In this document: positions 12,292 to 22,604 of the stretch, one piece after another
Position numbering within the stretch: position 1 is the stretch's first letter
Layout of the letters: every line of letters starts with the position of its first letter
Notes under the pieces: generated by a model
Told to the model about the DNA's origin: nothing
Databases searched by the model: none
Seen by the model: the letters and a program-made list of their open reading frames with translations, nothing else
Source of the DNA: an uncultured Nitrososphaeraceae archaeon
Lineage (GTDB): Archaea; Thermoproteota; Nitrososphaeria; Nitrososphaerales; Nitrososphaeraceae
Direction of reading: 5' to 3'
Assembly (NCBI GenBank): GCA_963825865.1
Contig: CAWGVG010000060.1
Coordinates: forward strand, 64,001-128,000
DNA length: 64,000 nucleotides
Position numbers and translations under genes: made by a program

Positions 12292-12512
12292 GATACAGTC
12301 TAATATGTGCTCAAAGGATCTATCAACAATGAAGCAAAAATGGTGTTTACTGTGGGCATTTTACTATGAAAACAATCCAATTGGCAATAGATGATTTCTA
12401 AAGTAATAGTTTTGAACAATCTCCTAACTACCATCATAGTTTCCAAAATGTAAAGATCTATGATAATTAAGTGTAATACTTTTGACTAATTCTGACCTAA
12501 CTATGTATAAAA

Positions 12513-12680
12513 ACGAATTTCGTCCATTCGTCTATTTCCTAAGACAGTTCAACAAACGACCCATTTTTAGAATGTCTATAAAATAGACCCATTTTTTTAC
12601 CTTTAAGTCTACATCTGACAATTCAATAAAGTTCATTAACTATAATACCATTTTTAAACTAATTAGCATATTTTTTTGAC
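12513..12680. promoter_or_regulatory. res-like multi-subsite region upstream of the resolvase
   Basis: GACCCATTTTT direct repeats (12558, 12586), palindrome GTCTATAAAATAGAC (12574-12588), ACGAATTTCGT (12513). Confidence 0.45.
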
Positions 12681-12716
12681 AATAAATTAGTTAAGTAGAG
12701 ATGCTATGGATAGTCT

Positions 12717-13326
12717 GTGAAATATACCTTAGGATACTTGCGAGTAAGTTACAGAAGAACAGACAGTTCTAAACCAGAAAATGGCTTTACAAAAGTGGGC
12801 TGATGAGCAAGGATGTCTTATACTGGACTTTTTTGAGGATTCTGCGGTAAGTGGCAAGATTCCAGCTGTTAAAAGGACCGGCTTTCAAAATATGATTGAA
12901 ATTGTAAAATCAGCGGCTGTGGACGCGATTTTAGTGTACGAGTTATCACGTGTAGGTCGAACCTTCTGGGATACTTTAGATGCTATAAAGGCAATTGAAG
13001 AATATGCACCTCTTATCTCTTGCTCTCCTAAAGAATCCTTTTTGCAAACCACTGAGCCTGGTGTAAGAAAACTCATGATAGGGATACTCACATGGGTAGC
13101 CGAGCGAGAACGCGAAATGCTGGTACAAAGAACAAAAGATGGAATGTCAAGAGCAAGGGCATCAGGAAAAGGGATTGGAAGACCGCCAAAATTACTAGAC
13201 AAAGACAACTTGATTAAATTACTTGCAGAAAATCAAACACGTGTAAAAATCGCTAGAAGCCTTGGAGTTTCAAAGGCTACGCTATACAAGGAACTTCGGA
13301 AACTAGCTACGAAGAGCTATCCCTAG
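12717..13326 (+). CDS. Serine recombinase, resolvase/invertase family; +1 error near 12750
   Basis: GTG start gives KYTLGYLRVS-TEEQ (catalytic Ser). Then VYELSRVGR, AEREREMLVQRTKDGM, GRPP and a C-terminal HTH (IARSLGVSKATLY). Confidence 0.9.
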
Positions 13327-14674
13327 TCCGCTTTTCGATTGCCTGCAATAGATTTTGTTGGACATCTAGTAATTTTTCAAGGTCATTTTTATTAATTGCT
13401 AAAGGCGGAATTATTAGCATAATATTTCCCAAGGGTCTAAGGAAAACCCCCATTTTCAATGATTCATGCATGACAAAATAATCGATTCTGTAATTCTTTT
13501 TTATTGTTTGAATAGGCTTTCCATTCCATGCCAACTCAATTCCAGCCAATAAACCTTTGTGACGTATATCAGCCACAATTGGTGATTTCGAAAATTCTCG
13601 TAATCGTTTTGCCAAATATTTGCTATTTGTATTAATTTGTGACATTATATTGCGCTTTTCATATAAATCAATATTTGCTAATGCCACGGCACATCCGAGA
13701 GGATGCCCAGTAAATGTATGCCCATGATAGAATTGTTTGTGTTCTGAATAATTTCCAAGAAATGCATCAAAGATTTTGTCTGTTGTAAGAGTCACGGCAA
13801 GAGGAAAATATCCCGCAGTAAGTGCTTTTCCAAAACAAACTATATCCGGGATAGATCTTTGTGCTAAATATTCTATCATATTACCAAGCCTGCCAAAACC
13901 GGTTGCGATTTCGTCAAGGATCAACAGAACATCATATTTCTTACAAAGTTCACCTACTTTCCTTTGATAACCTTCTGGATAAATCACTACGCCTCCGGCA
14001 ATTTGAGCCCCGCTTTCCATTATCAATGCTGAACATTTCGAACCATGTTTTTTAAGTATATTTTCTGTTTGCTCAAGGCAGTAGTCCATCAAGCAACGTA
14101 TATTCTTAGACCGGAACTCGTATGCAAATGGGCTCGGAGCACGATATACCTTGGTTAAAAATGGTTTATATGTATGAAAAAATCTGGAGATGTACCCTAC
14201 AGACATAGCACCGATTGTATCTCCATGATATCCGTGTTTAAGGGAGATGAACCTTGTTTTTTCGACCTTACCTTTATTACGCCAATAATGAAGTGCCATT
14301 TTCATAGCCACTTCAACTGCAGTAGATCCATTGTCAGAATAAAAAACTTTGTCCATTCCTTTTGCTATCTTTACTAGACGCTCAGCGAATTGTACTGAAG
14401 GAGCGTTGGCCAAGCCAAAGAGAGTAGAGTGTTGAAGATTTTGAAGTTGTTTGACCATCTTATTAACTATCTCATTCTTACCATGGCCCCATACATTACA
14501 CCACATACTCGAAATTCCATCGAGGTATTTTTTTCCTTCGTTATCAAAAAGGTAAAAACCTTCTCCTCTTATGATCACTTTGTTGTTCCAATCTGTCCAA
14601 TCTTTCATCTGTGTATATGGATGCCAAACAAATTGCTTGTCAATATCACGCAGTTTCAATTCAGTTAAATTCAA
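13307..14674 (-). CDS. bioA: Adenosylmethionine-8-amino-7-oxononanoate aminotransferase
   Basis: VWHPYTQM, DNGSTAVEVAMKMA, YHGDTIG, DEIATGFGR, HGHTFTG. Confidence 0.95.
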   Translation of the reverse strand: MNLTELKLRDIDKQFVWHPYTQMKDWTDWNNKVIIRGEGFYLFDNEGKKYLDGISSMWCNVWGHGKNEIVNKMVKQLQNLQHSTLFGLANAPSVQFAERLVKIAKGMDKVFYSDNGSTAVEVAMKMALHYWRNKGKVEKTRFISLKHGYHGDTIGAMSVGYISRFFHTYKPFLTKVYRAPSPFAYEFRSKNIRCLMDYCLEQTENILKKHGSKCSALIMESGAQIAGGVVIYPEGYQRKVGELCKKYDVLLILDEIATGFGRLGNMIEYLAQRSIPDIVCFGKALTAGYFPLAVTLTTDKIFDAFLGNYSEHKQFYHGHTFTGHPLGCAVALANIDLYEKRNIMSQINTNSKYLAKRLREFSKSPIVADIRHKGLLAGIELAWNGKPIQTIKKNYRIDYFVMHESLKMGVFLRPLGNIMLIIPPLAINKNDLEKLLDVQQNLLQAIEKRTRDSSS

Positions 14675-14699
14675 GTTTAATCTTTTTAATAATATTTAC

Positions 14700-15403
14700 A
14701 TGAAAGGGATATTTATAACAGGAACTGATACAGGAATAGGAAAAACTACGGTTGCGAGCAGGTTTGGCATCGGCAATATACAGGAAAGGAATAGATGTCG
14801 GTGTTATGAAGCCCTTTGCAACTGCAGAAAAAGTCTATTCGTATAAGTACAAATCAGAAGATTCTGCGTTGCTGGCAAGAGCAGCAAAAATTAAAGATCC
14901 CGATGAAGAAATAAACCCATTTTTTTTCTCTATTCCTACAGCGCCTTTTATTGCTGCACAATTAACAAAAGAAAAGGCGGTGAACTTATCTGCTGCTAGA
15001 AAGATGTTCATACAAGCTCGCATCAAAGCATGATTTTATGATTGTGGAGGGAATAGGCGGGATCATGGTTCCATTGACAAAGAGAGAATCGGTAGCAAAT
15101 TTTGCCAAATTACTTAACCTATCAACAATTATTGTTGCAAGTTCAAGACTCGGAACAATCAATCATATTCTTCTTACTATAAAAGCTTGCACAGACTATG
15201 GCCTCAATGTACTTGGAATTATTATCAATACCATGCCAAGAAAGCCTTCAATAGCCGAAAAGAAGATTGTAGAAACAATCCAAGAAGTAAGTAGCGCGGC
15301 TGTTCTATGCGTGATACCCTTTTCAAAGGTAATCAATATTATAAATGTAGGCTTCACGATAGAAAAGAACATCGATATCGACAAAATTATATTAAAAAAA
15401 TGA
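14700..15403 (+). CDS. bioD: Dethiobiotin synthase; two frameshifts
   Basis: FITGTDTGIGKT, VMKPFAT, IVEGIGG, LGTINH across three ORFs. Confidence 0.92.
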
Positions 15404-15765
15404 AAAATATTCAGAAGGAAAATTTTATCAAAGTATGAATCGCTTCTAGCGTGAAAAATATCGATTGACTTAATCCTTTTTCTATCCTGTTTTTACTGTG
15501 TTTCCTCTTCATGCTAATGACGACTAACAACTTCTGGTTATGGCTCCGAAAATATGAAGATTCAAAAAGACCATAGCTTGCTATTTGCTTGTTTGATTTT
15601 TACAATCTGATGGCTGTAGTCGGACCTATTTGTTAATGGTAGCTTTATTATTATTGGAAAGATTATTCCGATTTCATTATTATATAATGAATAAAAAAAT
15701 TGAAAAAAGTCAATAATAATCAGACTAGGATAATCTTTTATATAAATCAAGACGATCGGGAAGTC

Positions 15766-16451
15766 ATGAAGGCAGTTATTTTGGCTGGTGGTTTGGGTAA
15801 GAGACTGAAGCCTTTAACAGATGAAAGACCAAAACCTATGATTGAAGTTCAGAATATTCCAATTATAGAATGGCAAATAAGATGGTTCAAAATGCACGGA
15901 ATCAATGAGATTATCATATGTGTAGGGCATCTTAAAGAACAGATTATCGATTATATAGGTAGTGGTAATAAATTCGGTGTCAAAGTGGGGTATGCTGTAG
16001 AAGAAGAACCTCTTGGAACAGGCGGGGCCCTAAAGAATGCTGAAAGTCTTTTGGGGGTGGTGTCACAGAAGAAGGATTCTTTATGATAAATGGAGACATA
16101 TTAACAGACTTGGATCCAAACAAATTGCATAATGGTAATTATGGAGCTCTCGCGCTGGTTCCGTTAATAAGCCCATATGGCATCGTAGAATTGGATCAGA
16201 AGTCAAATATCTTGGGGTTTGCAGAGAAACCGCCAATAAAAGACAGATGGATTAACGCGGGTGTCTATTATTTTACAAGGGAAGTATTTAACTTCCTGCC
16301 AGAAAATGGCAATATCGAAGTTACCGCACTTCCTACAATGGCAAAGGAAAGGAAATTGAAAGCGGTAAAATATGAAAACTCTTTCTGGCGGTCAATTGAT
16401 TCCCACAAAGATATTGAGGAGGCAGCTAAAGAATTGAAGTCGACAGGCTAG
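15766..16451 (+). CDS. Sugar-phosphate nucleotidyltransferase; frameshift near 16070
   Basis: AVILAGGLGKRLKPLT..PKPM, EEEPLGTGG, NGDI, FAEKP, INAGVY. Confidence 0.9.
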
Positions 16452-16457
16452 TATAAA

Positions 16458-17444
16458 ATGAAAATCGACAAAATAGCATATAATCCTGGTACCTTGCTTT
16501 CTATGAAGGAGGTCCTTTCATTCTCTAAACTGGCTGATCACAGGCAAAATGTAGATTCACTCTGGGTGCCTGAATCATGGGGACGTGAAGCATTTACTTC
16601 TTTAGGGGCATTGTCACAAGTTACAAAGAAGGTTAAACTTGGGACTTCAATTATCGGCATTTATACAAGGACGCCTGCGACAATCGCTATGGCAGCGACC
16701 ACACTAGATATCCTTTCTAACAATAGGACAATAATAGGGCTTGGTGTAAGTACGCCCCCGTTAGTAGAAAATTGGCACGGAACCAAATTTGAACGACCTC
16801 TTTGCAGAATGCGAGAATATATAGAATGCTTGAGACTAATGATGACAGGAGAAAAGGTATATTACAATGGAAGATTCATTAAGGTAAAGAATTTCAAGCT
16901 GTTACATAAACCAAAAAGACAGAAAATACCAATCTTTGTTGCTGCGGTAAATAAAAATATGATATCATTAGCTTGTGATCTTGCTGATGGTGTTTTGTTA
17001 TATCTTCGTCCGATAGAAGAATTGAGAAATACTGTTTCCCTTATAAAATCAGATGCAAGAAAGAAACACAAGGACTTTGAAATTGCTTCTGTATTTATTG
17101 GAGCGGTATCCAATAAAGAGCCTGAAAAAGCTCGTGAACGTGCGGCAAAAACTCTTGCATTTTACATAGCAGTGGGAAAATACTACAACAGATTTTTATC
17201 TGATAATGGTTTTCAAAACGACGTAGAACAAATTACTTTAGAATATCATCGCAATGGATTGGAAATAGCTTCAAAGCTTGTTTCAGAAAGGATGCTGAAC
17301 TCTCTCACTATCTCTGGGAATAGCGAACAATGTATTAGCTCATTAGGAAAATTCTTATCTGCAGGTATTTCTCTACCTATAATCCAAGTTAATCCCGTAA
17401 GTAATACGGAAAGTTCAATTAGGGAGATGCTTTCAACATTTTAA
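16458..17444 (+). CDS. LLM-class flavin/F420-dependent oxidoreductase
   Basis: LWVPESWGRE, VKLGTSII..YTRTPA, IPIFVAAV. Confidence 0.88.
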   Translation: MKIDKIAYNPGTLLSMKEVLSFSKLADHRQNVDSLWVPESWGREAFTSLGALSQVTKKVKLGTSIIGIYTRTPATIAMAATTLDILSNNRTIIGLGVSTPPLVENWHGTKFERPLCRMREYIECLRLMMTGEKVYYNGRFIKVKNFKLLHKPKRQKIPIFVAAVNKNMISLACDLADGVLLYLRPIEELRNTVSLIKSDARKKHKDFEIASVFIGAVSNKEPEKARERAAKTLAFYIAVGKYYNRFLSDNGFQNDVEQITLEYHRNGLEIASKLVSERMLNSLTISGNSEQCISSLGKFLSAGISLPIIQVNPVSNTESSIREMLSTF

Positions 17445-17445
17445 G

Positions 17446-18547
17446 ATGCGCAAGGTAGCCATCTCATCGTATGCAACTTCTGAATTTATAAAAAATTCAA
17501 ATTCATCAATATTCGAATTAGCATGCAAGCCTTGCATTGAAATTTTGAAGAACAGCAAATTATCTAAAAGGAATATAGATGCTGTTCTGTTTTCTACTTG
17601 TTCAGCTGAACAGTATAGCTCAAGTATTTTATGTGAATTGCTTGGAATAAAACCAAAAATTTCACACAGAATTGACAATCTTTGCAATTCTGGAGCGAAT
17701 GCTGTGGTTTCTGCTTATTCATACATCTCTTCTGGTCTTTGCGATTCTGCGCTGGTTGTAGGTGCGGAAAAAGCCATTAGCCCTGGTAATAAACTTGTAT
17801 GGGATATAACAAGAGGCCAATTTACATTACCGGTACATTGGGCGGCAATATTTGCAAAAGCACATATGCGAAAGTATGGAACTACAGAAGAGCAGATGGG
17901 AATGGTATCGGTTAGAAACCATATGAATGCTAGAAAAAATCCGACTGCCTTATTTAAAGAAGTAGTAACATTAAGAGACGTAATGCAGTCAAGGAAAATT
18001 GTAGACCCTATAAAGTTGTTAGATTGTTCGTCTCCTTGTGATGGTTCTTCAGCCGTATTGCTATTATCTGAAAATAAGGCTAAAGAACTAACTGATAATC
18101 CTGTTTGGATAAAAGGAATAGGCGAGCAGACTACTTCTGCTAGCTTTAGTAAGACGACCTACGATCTTTCGACAATTGGAGACTGCAAGAGTTGCCGCAA
18201 GAAATGCTTTCAATATGTCTAAAATTAGTCCAAGGAATATCGATGTTGCAGAATTGCACGATGCCTTTACGATCCTAGAGATACTTGCATATGAAGACCT
18301 TTATTTTGTAGAAAAAGGAAATGGAGGTAAATTTGTTAACCAGAAGGAGATAGCGATCAATCCTCGGGGAGGAATCCTTGGTTGTGGTCATCCAGTTGGT
18401 ACGACTGGAGTAGCCCAAATTGCGGAGATCACAGCACAACTATCTGGAAATGCTGGTAGAAGACAGGTGAAAGGATGTAAGACAGGTTTAACTCATAATC
18501 TTGCGGCAGCCGGGACATCTGCCACGGTTATTATTATGGGTGTTTAA
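17446..18547 (+). CDS. Thiolase (acetyl-CoA acetyltransferase, SCP2-like); frameshift near 18178
   Basis: NLCNSGA, CSSPCDG, ELHDAFT, GHPVGTTG. Confidence 0.9.
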
Positions 18548-18551
18548 ATTT

Positions 18552-18890
18552 ATGCTGAAATTCCTTAGCTACCTTCGAAAAGGTGAATTCAGAATTTCTA
18601 TTTGCAGTTCGTGTGGTAAAAAAATATGGCCACCTTCTGAAAATTGTTCTGTCTGCCTCTCAAAAACAATTCTAAAGAAAAATCATGGAGAAGGAGAATT
18701 AATCGAATTTACTCATTCGTATACGAAGCATAGTGAAGGAGAATTTGGCATTGTAGATATTTGTGGGATTAGAGTCGTTGGATCCATATCCGGTGAGCCA
18801 TTATGGCATGGAATGAAAGTAATAATGACTAAATGTGGAGTTTCTACTAACGGAACTGTATTTTATCAGTTTCAACCAGTACAACATTGA
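18552..18890 (+). CDS. DUF35 Zn-ribbon/OB-fold thiolase partner
   Basis: CSSCG..WPP...CSVC, directly downstream of the thiolase. Confidence 0.8.
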   Translation: MLKFLSYLRKGEFRISICSSCGKKIWPPSENCSVCLSKTILKKNHGEGELIEFTHSYTKHSEGEFGIVDICGIRVVGSISGEPLWHGMKVIMTKCGVSTNGTVFYQFQPVQH

Positions 18891-18954
18891 AAAACATAAT
18901 ACCTTAAAGCACCGAAGACTTGATTAATAATAATATAATACACAAGTCTACTAT

Positions 18955-19314
18955 ATGAGTTATGACAGATTCATAGACGACAGACTGTTGACAAGCAGAG
19001 ATGCACTTAATAAGATTCAGATAAAGATAAAACTTGTCAATTTCGATGAAAATGCAAGAGACTATTCTCAAAGATTTGGTGGCCGTATTTTAATTAAGAA
19101 AGTATTGCTTACTATCAAACATATTGACACTGAAAAAATTGAAGAGAAGGAGTTAGACGTAGAGGACCTTGAGAAAAGAATAAGAAAGGAAAGATTATTT
19201 TCCTCCTCAAATAGATGGGTTTCACCTTCTGAAATCAAGAATGGGTATATTGTTGCAAGCCGACATCTAGATCTGCTTTCTGATGCAATCGCTTTAGATA
19301 TCATTTCAGTATAA
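18955..19314 (+). CDS. Conserved hypothetical protein
   Basis: 119-aa ATG ORF with TATA-like upstream sequence. Confidence 0.7.
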   Translation: MSYDRFIDDRLLTSRDALNKIQIKIKLVNFDENARDYSQRFGGRILIKKVLLTIKHIDTEKIEEKELDVEDLEKRIRKERLFSSSNRWVSPSEIKNGYIVASRHLDLLSDAIALDIISV

Positions 19315-19394
19315 TTAGCTCAGCTATGGAAGAGAGGTAATGTGATAGAAATTTGAGATAATGGATGACAATTTTAATACTTACAGACAAGATA

Positions 19395-19416
19395 TTTCTA
19401 AACTCGAAATTTGAAA
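19395..19416. repeat. 22-bp dispersed palindrome, copy 5
   Basis: TTTCTAAACTCGAAATTTGAAA. Confidence 0.65.
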
Positions 19417-19459
19417 AGTAATTATTAATATTATCTTCTAGGATGTGTTTAAACAAGAA

Positions 19460-19566
19460 TGGCGCCGCTGATCAGACTCGAACTGATGACCCACTGGTTA
19501 ACAGCCAGCTGAGCTTCATGTTGCGTCATCCTATGAATTTGCTCTACCATGCTGAGCTACAGCGGC
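19460..19566 (-). tRNA. tRNA-Asn(GTT) with a 30-nt intron at 27/28 (19509-19538) and encoded CCA
   Basis: GCCGCTG/CAGCGGC acceptor, TTCGAGT T-loop. BHB splicing gives anticodon arm ACTGG-CTGTTAA-CCAGT. Confidence 0.93.
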
Positions 19567-19753
19567 GCATTATAGAACGAATTTAAGCACAAAATAAATG
19601 TTTAGATAATTAACATCTCAAATGCCCTTGAATAGTTAGATGTATTTTAGTACTAACAGGTATATGATTTATCTCAATACTGTGGTTTGGCTAATATATA
19701 AAAATGGGCTCTAAAGGTTGTTATACTATACACTTGGCAACAGGATTATATTA

Positions 19754-20313
19754 TCAATGCGGTGGCATTCCTTTTTCTCGTGCGTAAATATACAAACCAT
19801 CCAGAAATACTCTCTGATCTTTATCTTTAATCCTCGTCGAAGATTCTATATTTGCTGCCTGTCTGAGATACATATTCTAAACTCGGTCCTTGTACCTATG
19901 ACATCTTCCCCTACGACATTAACCCGTGTAGAATCATCTACAATCCGAGAAATTCTTGGCGACCTTTCACCAAAAAAGTTCTCTACATATATTTCCTGCC
20001 CTTTTACTTTTACGGATATTGGAAAGTGTGCATAGACTATCTTCAATTTATATGTAAACCCTTTCTCAACCCCAAGTATCATACTGTTGATGATGCTTTT
20101 AGCAGTATTTGTTATAGCAAGATCTTTCTTTCTTATTCCATAGGGCTTTATAATAATTTCTTTGTTATTGACCGTAACCGTTGCAGGCAGCCTTGTAAAA
20201 TCCTTTTTTAAAGTTCCTAATTTGCCCTTCACAATAATGGTGTTATCTTCCTTTGAAATCATTACGTCGCCAGTTATTGCTATCTCGGCAAGAATTTCGT
20301 CCTTAGTAGACAT
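19754..20313 (-). CDS. rpl6: 50S ribosomal protein uL6; frameshifts near 19900 and 19859
   Basis: YAHFPISVKV, ENFFGER; C-terminal KDQRVFLDGLYIY in the shifted frame. Confidence 0.93.
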
Positions 20314-20695
20314 AGCCAATTAGAACCCCGCCTAATCCTTTATTTTGTGCTTCATGGTGAGACATAATTCCTTCGCTTGTTGATACAAGCAGAATTCCCA
20401 TGCTGTATGCTGGCAAAAATTGTCTTTCCCAATCCAGATACCCGTCTTTCTTTACGCTAAATCTCGGCGTCACTATTCCACATTTATTGATCTTTGCCAA
20501 TAATTGTATTCTAAATTTGCCTGATCTGCCATCGTCAATCTGTTCAAATTCACCTATATATCGTTGCTTCTGCATCGCAAGTAAAATTTCACTTGCAAAT
20601 CTTGATGCAGGAATTACGACACACTCCTTCTTTCTACGAGATTCATTATTGTACAAAGTTGTAAATAGATTCGATAATACATTTAAGGCTGGCAT
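20303..20695 (-). CDS. rps8: 30S ribosomal protein uS8
   Basis: IDDGRSGKF, INKCG, STSEGIMSHHEA. Confidence 0.96.
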   Translation of the reverse strand: MPALNVLSNLFTTLYNNESRRKKECVVIPASRFASEILLAMQKQRYIGEFEQIDDGRSGKFRIQLLAKINKCGIVTPRFSVKKDGYLDWERQFLPAYSMGILLVSTSEGIMSHHEAQNKGLGGVLIGYVY

Positions 20696-20716
20696 TTCTC
20701 TACTACTTCCAATCCA

Positions 20717-20896
20717 TTATTCATATTTAATGAAACCTAAACTTGCTGCCACTTCTCTGAAACACTGCCTACATAGCATTATGTTATATTTTTGGATAAT
20801 ACCTACATATGAACCACATCTTTTGCACCATCTGTTTCCTTTGCCATGTGGGAGTAATTTTCTCCCTGTCACGCCATATTCTCGTGGTTTTGGCAT
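20717..20896 (-). CDS. rps14: 30S ribosomal protein uS14 (59 aa, not in the ORF track)
   Basis: Hand translation: [13 protein letters not shown]...WCKRCG...[17 protein letters not shown]. Confidence 0.93.
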   Translation of the reverse strand: MPKPREYGVTGRKLLPHGKGNRWCKRCGSYVGIIQKYNIMLCRQCFREVAASLGFIKYE

Positions 20897-21426
20897 TAAA
20901 CTAATTCAGCTCCGTATTGTTGTTGGAAGAATTCAATACCTTCTTGTTTAGTTATTCTATGTCTTTTACCGATGCTTTTCTTTTCCCTTTTACTAGCTAT
21001 TCTATAGCCTGGTCTTGTTAGCACAACATTAACGTCCATTCCAAATATCCCAATATCGGGATTGTATTTTGTTCCTGGTATATCAATATGCTCATGGATC
21101 CCGATAGAGATATTTCCGTGCTGATCAAAAGAAGAAGCTTTCATTGTATTTCTATTTGCTTCAAGTACGCTCTTTAAAAATTTAACAGCTGACTCTCTTC
21201 TAAGCGTTACCATCGTCCCAATTGGTTCTCCTTTGTGGATACCAAAATCCCTAACACTTTTCCTTGCTCCACGTACACTTGGCTTCTTGCCAGTTAATTC
21301 TTCTAATGCATGCTTTGCCTTTTCTAACGGGTCACCAGATTTACCTACCCCAATATTTATCACAATCTTATCCACACTTATCTTCTTCATTGGATGAGTT
21401 GTTCGTTGAATTTGTTCTTGGCTCAT
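20896..21426 (-). CDS. rpl5: 50S ribosomal protein uL5
   Basis: [30 protein letters not shown]. Confidence 0.96.
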   Translation of the reverse strand: MSQEQIQRTTHPMKKISVDKIVINIGVGKSGDPLEKAKHALEELTGKKPSVRGARKSVRDFGIHKGEPIGTMVTLRRESAVKFLKSVLEANRNTMKASSFDQHGNISIGIHEHIDIPGTKYNPDIGIFGMDVNVVLTRPGYRIASKREKKSIGKRHRITKQEGIEFFQQQYGAELV

Positions 21427-21430
21427 ACTG

Positions 21431-22147
21431 TTAGTTCACCTTAATTATCGGTTTGTCCACTCCGACTGCCATAACGATTTGCACAGGTAATTCAACCGAT
21501 CTATCTGCAAACGATACAACCACACGCTTTGGCAGGGAAAATATGCCATCTCTAATGGTTTCTACCTTGCCGACGTTTCCTGCATTCTCACCGCTGGTTA
21601 TTAGAACCACAGATCCTTGTTCGAATTTAATATGGCTATTGATTTCCGCCTTAGGGAGTTGTACTAGACAGGTATCCCCTACCATCATCATTCGATCACT
21701 AATGAGAGTTTTTCCATCATGGAACCCATATTGAAGCTTGTTTCCTTTAATCATAACTTTGCTTGTGATTTTGATTAGTTTGAGGGTTTTCTCATTTTCA
21801 TTAATTATAACTGGTACTAATAATTTCGAATCTTTTGGAACAAAACGATAAGATTGTCCAGTTGGAATTAGTTCTATCACATCCATCAATCCGATTGAAA
21901 AGTTGATGTCCCTTCTAATAACACCGTCGACTTTTACTTTTCCTTCATTCACTATCTTTTCTGATTCGTGCATTGTATTTGCTACTTTAAGTATGTCTCT
22001 CAAAATAATTCCCAAAGGATATGCCCTTTCCTTTGAATGCGGTCCAGGTTTGACCCGAAGTACAAATTGGCTTTCTTTCCTCTTCACATCCCAGAACGTT
22101 GGAGCCAATTGTCTCTTCACTCTGGTATCTCCGCCCTTTTTTGCCAC
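21431..22147 (-). CDS. rps4e: 30S ribosomal protein eS4
   Basis: KRQLAPTFW, PGPH, HDGKT. Confidence 0.95.
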   Translation of the reverse strand: MAKKGGDTRVKRQLAPTFWDVKRKESQFVLRVKPGPHSKERAYPLGIILRDILKVANTMHESEKIVNEGKVKVDGVIRRDINFSIGLMDVIELIPTGQSYRFVPKDSKLLVPVIINENEKTLKLIKITSKVMIKGNKLQYGFHDGKTLISDRMMMVGDTCLVQLPKAEINSHIKFEQGSVVLITSGENAGNVGKVETIRDGIFSLPKRVVVSFADRSVELPVQIVMAVGVDKPIIKVN

Positions 22148-22590
22148 TAATTTTCACTCTCCTCTTTTTTTCTATTTTTTTTCTTTTTTGAAACCTTCCT
22201 GTTATATTTTTTACTCTCATCCTTTTTTTCCTTAGAAATTGGTTCAGCTTCCAAAGTCGGAGAAAGTTTATTCTTTCTATATTTATCATCTAAATTGAAT
22301 GCTGTGAGCATCACGTTAGAAGCATGGATCTGAACCTTGACATTTCCACCTCGAACTTTTTCTCTCTGGATACCTTCAATCGCCAAGGTCCCCCTTTTGG
22401 TATTAACTTTTTCTACTTTACCTTCAATTCCGGAATATTCACCACGCAACACCTTAACAGAATCACCTTTTGCTACCCTTGCACTGCGTCTGCCATATTG
22501 TTGACGTAAAGTGTCTGCAAGCGTAGCTCCTATCATGGCATCTCGAACATGTTTTGGGACGTGCAAAAGTTTTATATTCATATTTACCAT
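22147..22590 (-). CDS. rpl24: 50S ribosomal protein uL24 with a basic C-terminal tail
   Basis: KGDSVKVLRGEY, IHASNV; operon position. Confidence 0.92.
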   Translation of the reverse strand: MVNMNIKLLHVPKHVRDAMIGATLADTLRQQYGRRSARVAKGDSVKVLRGEYSGIEGKVEKVNTKRGTLAIEGIQREKVRGGNVKVQIHASNVMLTAFNLDDKYRKNKLSPTLEAEPISKEKKDESKKYNRKVSKKKKNRKKEESEN

Positions 22591-22604
22591 TGTTTTACCA
22601 ACTC

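Larger units (their letters stand above)
11135..13326. mobile_element. Putative resolvase-associated insert between bioB and bioA; boundaries uncertain
   Basis: Serine recombinase gene, repeated site-like motifs and non-coding or decayed DNA interrupting co-oriented bioA and bioB. Confidence 0.45.

Noticed and set aside
12717-13326. IS607 TnpA transposase
   Set aside because: The HTH is C-terminal (resolvase/invertase type) and no tnpB follows.
15430-15530. Fluoride riboswitch-like GCTAATGAC
   Set aside because: No matching P1/pseudoknot and no crcB-type gene downstream.
7925-19416. CRISPR array made of the 22-bp palindromes
   Set aside because: The copies are hundreds to thousands of bp apart, and there are no cas genes.
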